Positions 12,505 through 24,440 of a stretch of 64,000 nucleotides of DNA are shown one piece after another. The DNA is from Hemiscyllium ocellatum (lineage: Eukaryota). The notes beneath the pieces were generated by a model that was given only the letters and a program-made list of their open reading frames with translations, did not search any database and had not been told where the DNA came from. A program made the position numbers and the translations under genes. Each line of letters opens with the position of its first letter. Within the stretch, counting starts at the first letter, position 1. The stretch lies in NCBI RefSeq assembly GCF_020745735.1, contig NC_083448.1:14072006-14136005 (forward strand), given 5' to 3'.

Positions 12505-13049
12505 ACCATTTGACATTGAAACTGTTGCCCATGGTTTAAATGCAGCCCAGACATTACTTGCAGTCCTCAGAAGAGCAAAGCATAAGAAGTCACATGGTTG
12601 TTGCGGGAGAATCATCTTGAAGCAGCAAGGGACGAGAATAGAAGAATCACTAGCTCTCAAAGGACAAAGAAAATAAGGCGAATACATTTCTAGAAAGGCT
12701 GGTTAAGCCTATGAGTGACTTAATAGCAGAGGGTTCTGCTGATTGAATTGGATGAGGGAGATGGGAGACACAAGCATTAGCACTGACTATTTGGGTTAAC
12801 TTGGCCTCTTTCTTTGCTTTAAATTGCTGTCACTTCATGTAAGAGGAAAAGCAGACTTTGTTGAACTTGGTGTGGAACCCTGGTGAATGTCTTCAGCGTA
12901 GTTGTTGCAAATGTTCCTTTCCCAGCAACAAAGGTATGACTGCAGTAGATCCACCCGCTCAATTAACTACGCAGATGATCGTGTTTTCTGCATCTGTAAG
13001 GATTTGTCTTTCATTTTTAACCAATTCAAGAACCGGATACATGGAACTT

Positions 13050-13408
13050 GGGGAGGCAATGGCCGAGTAGGATTATGACTGGACTGTTAATCCAGAGACC
13101 CCGGTAACGTTCGGGGAACCTGGTTTCAAATCCCGCCACAGCAATTGGTGCAATTTGAATTCAATTAAAAAAAAAATGTTGGTAACTCAAAATCTGCTGG
13201 TAACTGTGAATCCATTATTCATTGTTGGAAAAATCCATCAGGTTCCGTTCGGGAAGGAAACTGCCTTCCTTAACTGGTCTATCCTAAATGTGACTCCAGA
13301 CCCATAGCAATGTGGTTGACTCTTAACTACTCTCTGGGCAATTCGGGTCAGGCAATAAATGCTGGGTGAGCCAGAGATGTGCTCATCCCATCAATGAATT
13401 TAAACAAA
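13050..13408 (+). mobile_element. tRNA-derived SINE (family B) with a CR1-type tail
   Basis: A/B-box-like head, core ggttc..ggaaggaaactgcc..tgtgactccagaccca, tail aataaatgctgg..catccca. Confidence 0.8.
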
Positions 13409-13629
13409 AAAGCTTAGAATAAGCAAGTCTGTTTGAGAGCTTTTATGTGACATGTACTTTGCATACATGATTTCTCTGTTGTACATCGTTACCCTGACTC
13501 GCCTGTCTGAAGTCTGTATAGATTCAGGATCAACTCTGCTGTCAATGCACGTCTAGTCTTTCTGTTTGACACTTGCTCCCTACCCCACGGGCATTGCTGT
13601 CTTCAAAGCAGGATCAAGAATTCCTATTG

Positions 13630-13960
13630 ATATAGCACTTAAATGTCGGGAAACATCCCAGCAAGCCTCACAGGAACGTTGTAAAGCAAAGTGTGACATC
13701 TTGCTACAGAAGGAAATATTAGGTCAGGAGATTAAATGCTTCATCAGAGATCTGGGTGTAAGTAGGAGGAGAGTGAGATTAGGAGGCAGGGAATTTCAGG
13801 CAGACCGTTTCAGAGCTTGGGGCCAAGACATTTGATCGCATGTTCATCAACAGCAGAGTGAAATGATTTGGAATGCTATAGAGGCCAGATTTGGGGAGAA
13901 CTGCTGGTTTGGAGAGTTTCAGGGATGGTGGATGTGAATTTTCTAAACTAAAAACCCCTT
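13630..13960 (-). mobile_element. L2-like LINE 3' fragment
   Basis: Similar to 410-725. Confidence 0.5.
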
Positions 13961-14225
13961 GCCTCATACTTGGTCTATATCTCTCTATTTGCTGCCTGTT
14001 AAACCGAGCTCTTTCTACCACCTCCTGTGGCAGTCCATTCCGAGCACTGTCCCACCTCAGTCACTGAGCACTCATGGTCTAGAGGTACTTGGAAGAAGGT
14101 GGGGTTCTGATCTTGGAAGAGGAGCGAACTCTCCCAGTTTGACAAGTTTCACCAGCGAGTTGTTTAATTGTCCACCACCATGCATGAGCGCTTGTGGCAG
14201 GTCTGTAAGGTTTTGATAGAGTCAA

Positions 14226-14573
14226 GGGGGAGGCGATGGCTTAATTGTGTTGTTGCTGGGCTGTTAACTCAGAGATCCGGATAATGCTTTGGTGGCCCGA
14301 GTTCAAATCCAGCCATGGCAGATGGTGGGATTTGAATTCAATAAAAAATGTGGAATCAAGAGTCTAATGACGACCATGAAACCGTTGATGATTGTCAGAA
14401 AAAACCCGTCTGGTTCACTAATATTCTTTCGGGAAGAAAACTGCCATCCTTACTTGTTCTAGCGTATGTGCAAAGTAATATGTTTGGCACTTAACTGTTC
14501 CCTGGGCATTAAGGGATGGACAGTAAATGCTGCCCAGCCAGTACCACCCTCATCCCGTGAATAAATAGAATAA
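14226..14573 (+). mobile_element. SINE family B
   Basis: Collinear with 13050-13408, B-box gagttcaaatcc. Confidence 0.8.
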
Positions 14574-14857
14574 AGTTGGTTGTGGGATTGAGTCGCTCAA
14601 TCTATTGCCTGCTGCTCAGCATACATGTAGTCCTGTGCTGAAACTTCATAAGGGTGGCACCTCGCTTTGAGATATGCTGATGCTGCATTTTTCATTGAAC
14701 CAAGGTTTGGTGGTCATGGTAGAGTTTGGGATCTGTCAAGCCATAAGGTTACAGATTGATTACAGTTCTATTGCTGCTAATGGCCCGCAGTGCCTCATAT
14801 ATATTTCATCTCTGGTTGTTCAGTCTATTTGATATCTGCTCTGATGATGCTGCTACT

Positions 14858-15456
14858 CGTAACAAAGTTATCTTGTCCTTATTTTTTTTTGCCCAGGAGA
14901 TCAGGTTCTGGAAAGTCTGGGTTTGAGGGGTTTCAGGGCCAATTTGATTCTGCTTCAAGAAAAAGGCTTTTAAGTTTGAAAAAAAACACTTGTACAGTTA
15001 AAGGGGAGTGGCCAGTTCTCCCAGTTCAGCTTTTCTCTGGTTTTGGCAGTCTGGCTATTCACTGAAAGCGGTCAGCCAGTTGTAAAGGCTGCTGGACCGA
15101 AAGAAGAGCAGGTCCATGCTAATCCTCAGTCTCTCTGACATCTGTCCTGTAAGAGCCTGTGTTTGGTATTACCTTTTCTGCCAAGAGGTCTTTCTGGGGA
15201 TTGCTGAAAGTATTTGGAACAGCATCATTAAATTGGGATCATCGGTTGGGTTTTCGGATCGGATAAGTTATTCAATATTCTGTTGTCTTTGTGTTTCATT
15301 GGTGTACACAAATTCTGTTTTGTTTAAAACGAAGTGGTTTGACCAGCTGCATCACTCCTGGAATATCCACTCTACACCTGCTCAAAACAATGAGAAAGTT
15401 AGGGTCTGGACTACTTTCTTGAAATGTTTTGAGGGAGTCTGGCCTGGTCTATAACA
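14858..15456 (+). mobile_element. Solo LTR-like element
   Basis: cgtaac...ataaca termini. Its 3' part is homologous to 39115-39379 and to the reverse complement of 52928-53100. Confidence 0.55.
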
Positions 15457-15644
15457 CTGTCTCATTTTGCACTGTGCTAGTGCCACACGACATGGTCTAA
15501 TGTATCCTCAGTATGAAGGTAAGGGTTGATCTCCACACAGACAGTCAATTAAACCATACTGTCATCTGTACTTGTCAATATCAAGTGATTTCTGGACTTT
15601 GTAAGTCTCCTAGAGATGGCCTTGCTAACTGGCTAAATGTTTGA

Positions 15645-15820
15645 AACCATAATGTAGAGATGCTGGTGTTGGGCTGGGATGGACAAAGTCAGAAGCCTCA
15701 TGACACCAAGTTATACTTCAACAGGTTTATTTAAAATCACTTGCTTTTGGAGTGTTGCCCTTTCATAAGGTGAAGTCACCTGTTGGAGTGTAACCTAGTG
15801 TCGTGAGACCTCTGACTTTG
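15645..15820. mobile_element. Palindromic PLE mini-element (another family, old)
   Basis: Inverted arms at about 15685-15726 and 15778-15820, with a decayed HHR between them. Confidence 0.6.
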
Positions 15821-15937
15821 GCTGGATGATAGAGTGAGCTCTGACCATGATTTAACAAATGCGGAAGGTTGCATCAGCTGTCATGCAACAGTTTCATTTT
15901 GAGTCATTTATGGGAAGGTGGACAGTGCTGGCTTTTT

Positions 15938-16311
15938 AAAAATTTACTCGTGGGCTGTGGGGTTTGCTTGCTAGCCTGCAATTATTGCCTGTTCCTCGCT
16001 TCCCTTGAACTGAGTGCCTTACAAGGCCATTCCAGAGAACAGATCACAATGGGTCTGGAATCACATGTGGGCCAGACCAGGTGAGGATGGCAGATTTCCT
16101 TCCCTGAAGGGCATTCATGAGCAAAAGGGGCTTTTCTGACAATCAGCAATGGTTTCATGGCCATTGGTAGACTCTTAATTCCAGATTTTGTTTTCATTGA
16201 ATTCCGATTCCCCCATCTACCGTAGCAGCATTCAACCCCAAGTCCCCAGAACATCATTTCGGTTTCTGCATTAATAGTCTAGTGATTCTGGCACTAGGTC
16301 ATCGCCTCCCA
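15938..16311 (-). mobile_element. SINE family B
   Basis: Reverse complement of the 14226-14573 type. Confidence 0.8.
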
Positions 16312-16329
16312 ACAAGGCCAGCATATATT

Positions 16330-16520
16330 GCCCAATTCCGTGCCTGGAACACGCTGCTAGAGGCAGTGATGGAAGCAGACACAATACAGCAGCATTCAAG
16401 AAGCACCTGGATGAATACATGAATAGGAAGAGAATTGAGGGATATGGATCCTGTAAGTGAAGGAAGTTTTAGTATGGAAGGGCAAAATGTGTCACTGCAG
16501 TCTTGGAGGGCCAAATATTG
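16330..16520 (+). mobile_element. CR1 3' fragment
   Basis: gcattcaagaagcacctggatgaatacatgaataggaag, i.e. AFKKHLDEYMNRK. Confidence 0.8.
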
Positions 16521-16704
16521 TTCCTTGTTAACTCTCATCGCAAAAAGGGCAATATGATATGAGCCTGGAGTCATGTATAGGGCAAATCAGGCCAGGACAG
16601 ACAACTTTTTTCCCTGAAGGACATCAGTCGATCAGATGAGTTATTACAACATGTGACAAGAGATATTGGATGGATACATGCTGCTCTGTCTGAGAAATGG
16701 AGTT

Positions 16705-16888
16705 AGTGAGTTTTGAGAAGATTTGTAGCTCAGGTTGAGGTTCTGGATATAGGTTTGCTCGCTGAGGTGGGAGGTTCATTTCCAGACGTTTCGTCACCCT
16801 AATAGGTAACAGGCCCACTGAAGATGTTACCTAGTAGGGTGATGAAACGTCTGGAAATGAACCTCCCACCTCAGTGAGCAAACCTACA
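16705..16888. mobile_element. Palindromic PLE mini-element (Poseidon/Penelope-type pLTR)
   Basis: Arms at about 16748-16810 and 16826-16889. TSD tgagaaatggagtt (16691-16704) / tgagaaattgagtt (16889-16902). Confidence 0.85.
16815..16854 (+). ncRNA. Minimal type I hammerhead ribozyme motif
   Basis: cca-CTGAAGA-t-gttacct-agta-gggtgat-GAAAC-GTC-tgg, with stem I cca/tgg. Confidence 0.75.
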
Positions 16889-17746
16889 TGAGAAATTGAG
16901 TTTTTGCCACCTGAGGCCATTGGGGAGGCTGTGATGTAACAGATCACCCAACATTCCATTGAGTGGTGGAACAGCCTCCAAGGGCTGACCCTTGTTTTCC
17001 TTTCTCTAGTGTAAGTTGAGCAAGTGTATTGGTCTAAACAATGATATTTCAATTGGTAACAAGCTCTGATATAACTGACGGGGCTGTTTAGCAGTGTTCA
17101 GACTTGAACTGCATGCATCATACTTGTCCACGTCTGGCTGGGCACTTGTTTCTTGTGTAATCTGACAAGGTACAGCAGGTAGCCATTGCACACCCAGACC
17201 CATCAGCTCTCAATTTCTCCCAGTGACAGGCATCCTGCGTGTTTTGCCCTACACTTCAAAAAAAAGAGAGGCCTCAGTAGTTTTGCAATCTGTGCTGTTC
17301 ACACCCTGAAAAAGACTTCAGTTACCTGACCTTGTTCCACATACTCTGTGGGTGGCTTTTGTCATGTCTCTATGTGGTCTGTTTTCATCTTAGTCGATCA
17401 CCCCCTGCCTAGCCTTACTTCTGCCCAGCTCCATTATTTTCCGACGGAGATGCACAGATTAGAGATTAAAGGAGCTGGGGCTTCCTCTGTTCTTTTGAAA
17501 ATTGAATGTGCTATTACTGAATAAAAGAAAAGAAAGGAGGATTGGGGGCAGGCTTGTTGTTTCTAGAAGAATAATCAAAAGGAAGCATTGCATTTAGATG
17601 GCATGTCATCGTATCTCTGAGACATGTCTCTCAGCTCTTGATGGGGATGGAGTACAGCACATTACTGCCAGTGTGCAGGGAGTGCAGAAGATGTATATAG
17701 GAACAGCAGAATGATCAGTCAATCTCGGAGCAGTTTTTGGAGATTA

Positions 17747-18088
17747 GGGCGGCACGGTAGCTTAGTGGTTAGCACTGCTGCCTGACAGTGCCCGGGACCC
17801 GGGTTCGATTTCAGCCTCAGTCGACTGTCTGTGTGGAGTTTGCACATTCTCCCCGTGTCTGTGTGGGTTTCCTCCGGGTGCTCCAGTTTCCTCCCACAAT
17901 CCAAAGATGTGCAGGTCAGGTGAAGTGACCGTGCTAAATTGTCCATAGTGTTCTGGGATGTGTAGAGTAGGTGCATTAGTCAGGGGTAAATCGAGGGGAA
18001 TAAGTCTGGATGGGTCACTCTTTGGAGGGTTGGTGTGGACATTTTAAGCCGAATGGCCTGTTTCCAAACTGTAGGGATTGAATGATTC
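17747..18088 (+). mobile_element. HE1-type V-SINE
   Basis: Full head, V-domain and tail. Confidence 0.92.
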
Positions 18089-18229
18089 ATCCAGGATATT
18101 GGGAAAAATGCTCCTCCTTTGTTTCAGCAGTGACACGATGTCTTCAATGTTCTGAGAATGATTTCGAATAAGGGGATTGCCAGCTGTTGAAAACTAATAG
18201 AACGTGGGTGCTTTCCTAAGTTTGAAAGA

Positions 18230-18545
18230 AGGAACTTCCATTGATGTGACATCTTTCATATCCTTGGGACATCTCAAAATGTTCTCCAAGCAGTGAAGTC
18301 CCTTTGTAATGTCATGACTGCTGACTTATGCACAGCAAGATCACAGAAAACTACATGAACAGATAAGGTGCGATGTCAGTCCAGGGATTAAACTAGGCCG
18401 GGGACTCTGGAGATTAATCCTCTGTTCTTCTTCACATCACATTGTGGGATATTTTACATTTGCCCGAGAGATTCTGGGAGACAATTTGAAACCCCTCCAT
18501 CGATATCAGAAAATGTTGAAGTATCTGACAATGCCGTGACTTCTT
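18230..18545 (-). mobile_element. Degenerate Deu-domain SINE (SacSINE1/AmnSINE1-like)
   Basis: gcacagcaagatcacag and ctgttcttcttcac..gtgggatattttacat match the reverse complement of the Deu domain. Confidence 0.55.
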
Positions 18546-18764
18546 TTCTGTCATAAACGCATTTGCTGACCTTTGACCCAAGGTACAGGTACATGGTTTG
18601 CGAACAAAGCGTTTCTACAGTGAAGTCAGGAGGAGCTACACCTGGTGCAGATTTCACCGCTGTGAGGAGAGAGTGGGAGATGTCTGGAACGCCAATATTC
18701 AGGAAATAAGTTTGAAAGGTTCAGGTGGAAGAAAGAAAAAAACATCTGAACTCGTCAGGAACTT

Positions 18765-19080
18765 TTCACAAGCTCAGCATTTCCTGTCAGTCTTTAAAGC
18801 CAACACAGTATCTTTGTTGCAATGTTTACCTGTTGTATTGTCCGAAACGTGGAAACCAATTTGCACCCAGCCAGCTCCCACTCACAGTGCATGTGACAAT
18901 CGCCAGGTAATCTCTGGTGATTGATTGAGGGGTGAGTGTTGACCAGGATAACTGTGATAACTGCTTTACAGTTCTTCCAACTATGCTGTGGAATCTTTCT
19001 TACTCACCAGACAGGGCCAATTGAGGCATCAGTTTGACCTTTTATCTAAAAGACAGCACCTCTGACAGTGCAGCATCTTG
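18765..19080 (-). mobile_element. Deu-domain SINE
   Basis: tttatctaaaagacagcacctctgacagtgcagca, ccaatttgcacccagccagctcccac. Confidence 0.7.
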
Positions 19081-19377
19081 AATTCTGCATCATGAGAGAC
19101 AGTGTAAAGGGTTTGTGCAAATCTCTTTCACAACCTGTGAGTCAGCGATGTGTTTTATATGGTCATGGATGTGGAAGGGTCATTTGAGCGACTGGAATGG
19201 AAGCCCTGCCTTCTCTGAATATCTAAACCTGCCACTTGGTGGGTTATCAGGCAGTGCTTGGGGAGTTACAGGTATCTGTGTTTGGAGACAGTCTAGTGTT
19301 TGACCCTGTGTAGTGCCACCACTGCACTGCCATCTGAATGTCAGAGTAAAGGTGGACTGAAGTCCATGTTTGGTGCT

Positions 19378-19490
19378 GTTGTGGTGCAGCGGTAGTGTCC
19401 CTGCTCTGAGCCAGTAAGTTTGGTTTTACGTCCCACCTTCTTCCGAGCTGTATCATACCACCCCTGAACAGGTTGATGAGAAAATATCTC
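19378..19490 (+). mobile_element. Short (about 110 bp) tRNA-like SINE
   Basis: Homologous copies at 22521-22630 and 27303-27410. Confidence 0.5.
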
Positions 19491-20699
19491 ATAGTTCATC
19501 TCAGCACCTCAGCTGATGTCTGTTACTTGTGGTTCATCTTTCACACAAATATTAGAAAGCCCTTAAGCGAGCAATGAGATGTGTGGTAGCCATCCACCTG
19601 GGGTAACGCCGGTCTCGTAAGGAGGGGAGAGTGCAGCATATTCAGTCGAGTGAGCGATTGTTTGCAAATATCCTGATGGCATCTCCTTTTTGCTCCCTCG
19701 TAATTGGCACAGTTTACTTCATTGAACCAAGCTAATTTTCCTGATGTGAGACAGAACCTTGGGCCTGGGGTTCTTAGATGGCAAAAACCCAAAGCTGGGG
19801 TCAGGCCATTGTCAACAGCTCCAAAGGTAACTCAAATGCAATCATTTCACCCGTGCTGAACTTTTGTCCTGGTCCCAGGGAGGTAAATTCTTACGTTTCT
19901 CATTTCAGTTGCAGCTGACTGTGATTTCTTTATATTCTGAGGGAAGCTCAGGGTAAGTTGGGTGTTAGGATTCACTGGAGAAGAAGAGCATTGAGTTACC
20001 GAGGCAGGCAATTGAGATCAGTGTGATTGTTGGAGGCAAAGTCAGCGTGGCAGAAATTGAAATTATTTCTTGGGCTGTCTGATGAACAACAAAACAGCTG
20101 GTTTGAACACGCAGATAGCATCTGCTCAGGAGTGTGAACAGCCTGTTCCAGATCTGAGTGGCTTTGATTTGCCCTCCAAGATTAGTTGAGACTTTGCAGA
20201 TAATATGTTTTGCTTGTTCCTCTCACATAGTCTCTACGCCGGTGAAAATGAAATAAGGTATGGAGCCAGGCAACGAGCGAAGATGATGCTGTTTTCAAAA
20301 TCAGTTCTGACACTTTGTACTTGTCAAACATCTCCCAATTGTCCACGTTATCTCATGAGTCGGTCAGTCCTGAAGTTAATTCCATCCCCCCAGAGGCTCT
20401 TTATGAAATTTTATTGGCGTTCTAAGGCAGGGCATAGGGAGTGACACAGCTACTAGAAGGAGCATATAACATGACCATGAGCGTGCTGAGTTTCTGTAAG
20501 ATGTCTGTCCTGCCAACCCTCTCTGAAGAGTTAGATTTAACAAGCCACTTGCAAGAGCATAAATCTTGAGGGACCTCAGTAATCAGATTGATCACAAGTC
20601 CCTGCTTTGGAAGTGGCAGAGTGGTTCATACACATCCAATGAAAGAACAAATGGGCTGGAAACATCCCTCACTTTCTCGCCTGTAGATAATGAGACCTT

Positions 20700-21045
20700 G
20701 CCATGGAATCGATTCCCAACAGTGTGGAATTGGGCCATTCCGCCCATCGAGCCCTCACCGCCCCCTCTGAAGACCATCCCACCCAAACCCCAACCCTTTC
20801 CCTAACCCTGCAGCTCTGCATTTCCCATGGCTAATGCACCTCACCTGCACCCACTACAGGGCAATTTAGCACCTGACCTGCACATCTTCGGATTGTGGGA
20901 GGAAACTGGAGCACCCGGAGGAAACCCACGCAGACACGGGGAGAATGTGCAAACTACACACGGACAGTCGCCTGAGGCTTGGAATCGAACCCAGGTCCCT
21001 GGCACCGTGAGGTTGCTGTGCTAACATAGAGGCACAGTGCCACCC
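20700..21045 (-). mobile_element. HE1-type V-SINE
   Basis: Core ggaggaaactggagcacccggaggaaacccacgcagac. Confidence 0.88.
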
Positions 21046-21746
21046 ATCAGGGGATGTTCTCTCCCATATGAAACCAACAGTACAGCATTTTTTTTTCTCA
21101 TGGATAAGGGAAACGATAGAATGAAGGAAAAAACGAGTGACATGAAAGATATTTGACTTGTATTATTGAGAGAAAAATCAATTTTTGGTTCTTAGCAAAG
21201 CTTCTTGCCATTGTCATATATTCTGCAGATGACCGAGCTGAGATAAATTGAATTCTATCAGAGTGTATGAGATTACAGTATTTGGTAAATCAATACTGGG
21301 CTTTCTACCAGATCCTGTGCTTTTTTTTTCATTGTGACGTGATGCTTGTGAATGTTGAGGAAAATCATTGAATTTTATTTTGGGCAGGAGCTTTTCCTCA
21401 GCGCTGAGTCAATTGCAGCAAGTGTTGCAAGTTGAAATCACTGCCTCCAAAAAGTGAACATGAGCATCCCAAAACTGTCCGCTGTTATAAACTGATTTGA
21501 ATCAGTAGAGAAGTCGAGGGTTATGAGCAAGAGGGAGGAAAGTGGAGTTATAGACGGTCTCACTGCATGACAGCACAGACTTGATGGGCCGAAAGGCCAA
21601 CTTCTCTGTCTTATGGTTGATTATAAGTTGAAGTTGTAAGGAGGGGATAGAAGTGGCAGCTCTCCAGTGGTTCACGCAAAGCTCTGTATCCCTGAGGATT
21701 GAGTGGAACCTGCCTGCTGATAATGTATGTTGCATCAACTGGGCAC

Positions 21747-21782
21747 TGTGTGTGTGAGAGAAAGAGAGAGAGAGAGAGAGAA
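21747..21782. repeat. (TG)n(GA)n microsatellite
   Basis: Direct reading. Confidence 0.9.
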
Positions 21783-21879
21783 TGTGTCAGAGCTTGGTAG
21801 CTTGCAGGGTCTCAGCCAAAATCTCCTGAAGAGTGCAGGAAATGCCACTCCAAGCCAACAAATTGTACCTCTCTTGTAT

Positions 21880-22300
21880 TGCTGATTATAATTCTTCTGC
21901 TTGTTTCCATTTGCTCCATAGTCTTCCTAACTCCCCGGTTCTGTGAGATCCTTCAGCCTGACCACCCTCCCAAGTCTCTGTACACCGCTACATCTGCCAG
22001 CCAGCCAAATCCCCACCACCTCACCAAACCCCCCTCCCCCACCCTGCCACCACCACCACCGAGTTTAATCGCTTTGACCGCCACCTTCGGCTGCCTGAAC
22101 TTTCGTTCCTGGATTTCACTCCCTTGGCCTTGTTTAGCATTTCTTTGCCTCGGTCTACTTCTACTCCTCAAAGGTGCTCCTGCCAACCCCACCCCACCCC
22201 CCCCCCCCCCACCCCTCAAAATTGGCTGAGCATTCGATCAGCAGTCCTTGCATCTCCTGTTGTCACGCAATTTTAGCAAGGAGTGGAATTGGCTTCTTTA
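21880..22300 (+). mobile_element. L2-like LINE 3' fragment with poly-C tracts
   Basis: accaccttcggctgcctgaac..cctggatttcactcc L2-type motif. Confidence 0.55.
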
Positions 22301-22315
22301 CTGTATCCCCGGTGA

Positions 22316-22435
22316 TGAGCGAAAATGAGGACCGCAGATGCTGGCGATCAGAGTCGAAAAGTGTGGCGCTGGAAAAGCACAGCAGGTCAGGAGTAGGAGA
22401 GTCGACGTTTCAGGCATAAGCCCTTCATCATGAAT
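22316..22435 (-). mobile_element. PLE pLTR fragment
   Basis: Same family as 55122-55254. Ends at a mutated HHR core. Confidence 0.8.
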
Positions 22436-22854
22436 ACCCATCCTTGATGGTGCACAGACAATGGGTAATATTCGGTTTAAATCTGGGATCATATAGTGTA
22501 GAGAGTCAGAAAAGGATCTTGTGATGCAGTCGTCATGTCCTGACCTCTGACCCAGAAGTTTTGGGTTCATGTTCCATCTGTCCCTGGATTTAAGAGTCAG
22601 CTTGTCCAGTCAGGTGGTTCAAAATACCTCAGACTTAGCTGGGACAGTAGGTTGGAAGCAGAGATTTTCAAAACTTCATCCTTGCACATACACAGACCAC
22701 CAAAGATCAAGTCCAATCCAAGGATTGATCTGTTCATGCAGGGGGGTCAAGAAAGAAAAGTCTTTTACAAAAAGCAAAACTCAAAAATTGACTGGAAACA
22801 CAATGTGACATATTTTCTCCCCCACTTTTGCAAATATAAGTGTTAAATAACATA

Positions 22855-23270
22855 CGAAAGAATTGGTACAAAACCTCAGCAAGTCCGGCAGCATCTGCGG
22901 AGAGAAATCTGAGTTAACGTTTCGGGTTGAGCAACCAACCCTTCCTCAGAGCTGATGGGAGCTCGGAAAGTATCGCTTTGTACGTGGAAGCTAGGGTGGG
23001 GGGAGGGATTAAGGAGTTAAGGTCGAATAGAACCCAAAGAGAGAGGGGAACAGTTTGACTCAAGGAGTGGATAACAATCTGGCCGGGAGAGTGAATAGCT
23101 ATTCATGGAGACTGTTAGTGGCTAACATTGGGTTGTGTGTGACAGCAGGCCTGTTGTGTAAGGGACAGGGGTAAGGACATGGGAGAGCTCAAGCCCTGAA
23201 GCTGTTGAACTCAGTATTGAGCCCTGAACGCTGCGGGGTCCCCAAGCAGAAAACGGGATGCTTCCGCAGC
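22855..23270 (-). mobile_element. PLE 3' end (GIY-YIG C-terminus, 3' UTR, pLTR)
   Basis: HPVFCLGTPQRSGLNTEFNSFRA* at the end of ORF 23189-23599. Confidence 0.8.
22913..22952 (-). ncRNA. Minimal hammerhead ribozyme motif
   Basis: Reverse complement: CTGAGGA-a-gggttg-gttgct-caaccc-GAAAC-GTT. Confidence 0.7.
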
Positions 23271-24079
23271 TCTTTCATTATTTTATAAAATAACCTGGCT
23301 TTGATCCAGATGGTGAGATTTTGAGATACCTTGGGGGTGTTCTTTTGAATGTTAAAGGTGTTTGACAAACGTGACTTGTTACTTTTGATGGCTGGTCTTT
23401 TTCTTGCCCCTTTGCACCAAACGTTCTTTTCAGAGAGCAGACGATGCAGGTTTCCCTTCCCGCGTTGAATCACACTGGACAACATGTCATCCCAGATTAT
23501 AAATCTAGTGACCAATCCACTGGGTTCACTTGCAAAGAGCTCCATTGTCTGGGTGTTCACCCCCTGAACTCCATGTAGCTGACATTCTTGATGATGCACA
23601 AGATAACCCGGAGGGAGATCAGAGGCTGAACACAGGGAGAGGTGACAGACCTCTTTGCACAGGAAACAAATTTAGTCAGCGTCTTGTAATAGATCTTCTC
23701 CCCTTTGAGCCACTGATGCATTTTGCATGATCTTGGCGTGTGCTGGGGTGCAGAGCATATGGCCTGCAGCATCATCAGCTGTACTGGGATCAGCACTGCC
23801 AGCGATGTCATGATCATAAAAATCAACAAATATTTGCAAATGATCCCCCATCAGCAGCAGCTATGATGTTCAACAGCTGTGAATATAGAGCCATGCTTGG
23901 GGACCTTGAGAGTAATCGAGGCTTCAGCTGCTTTTGATGTCGTGCCGGCTTCGGAATCAACTCCTCCTGGAGATTTTCTGCCTGCTGTTCTTCCTGACAT
24001 TTACTTCACCCATGTACCTGCGCGGGTTACAGGATGAGCTGACCAAACACTCCGAGAGCAGATACATGCACTTGGGACG

Positions 24080-24440
24080 GGTGTGACGGGCGGTTCATGT
24101 CGCTGTTCTTGGCCTCCACCTGGACTTGGCATAAGCGCACATTGTGGCTGTGAGGGACTGAATCCTTCTCTCACAGTTCTGCAGGTCCAGGATAATAGAT
24201 TCCTCAGAACTCAGTTTTCTTTACCCAGGAAGGGTTTGAGGACATCCCCAAAGCATTTCCTCTGCCTCTTTTGGTAGCTGTGGTGAAGCTCAGGGCAGAG
24301 ACCTTGCTTTTGAGAGTCAGAAGTATCTACGGCATGGACCACCTAACCCAGCTGACTGGCCACTGGCTGCTGAGAGAGGGCACTGACATTGGAGAGCCTG
24401 CCATTCACTTGGATGTTCAGGACCCTGGACCTCTCAACAA
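24080..24440 (-). mobile_element. RTE-clade LINE C-terminal fragment
   Basis: RVLNIQ...RLSNVSALSQ...QRKCFGDVLK resembles the RTE motif CLRKILNI.WQDR.SN..VL..A...RKRFKD.LK. Confidence 0.7.

Noticed and set aside
19909-19952. AG...GTAAGT-bounded 44-nt segment
   Set aside because: Not frame-preserving, no recognisable peptide, and expected by chance
23300-23940. Overlapping short ORFs suggesting a coding relic
   Set aside because: Multiple stops in all frames and no family identifiable by eye
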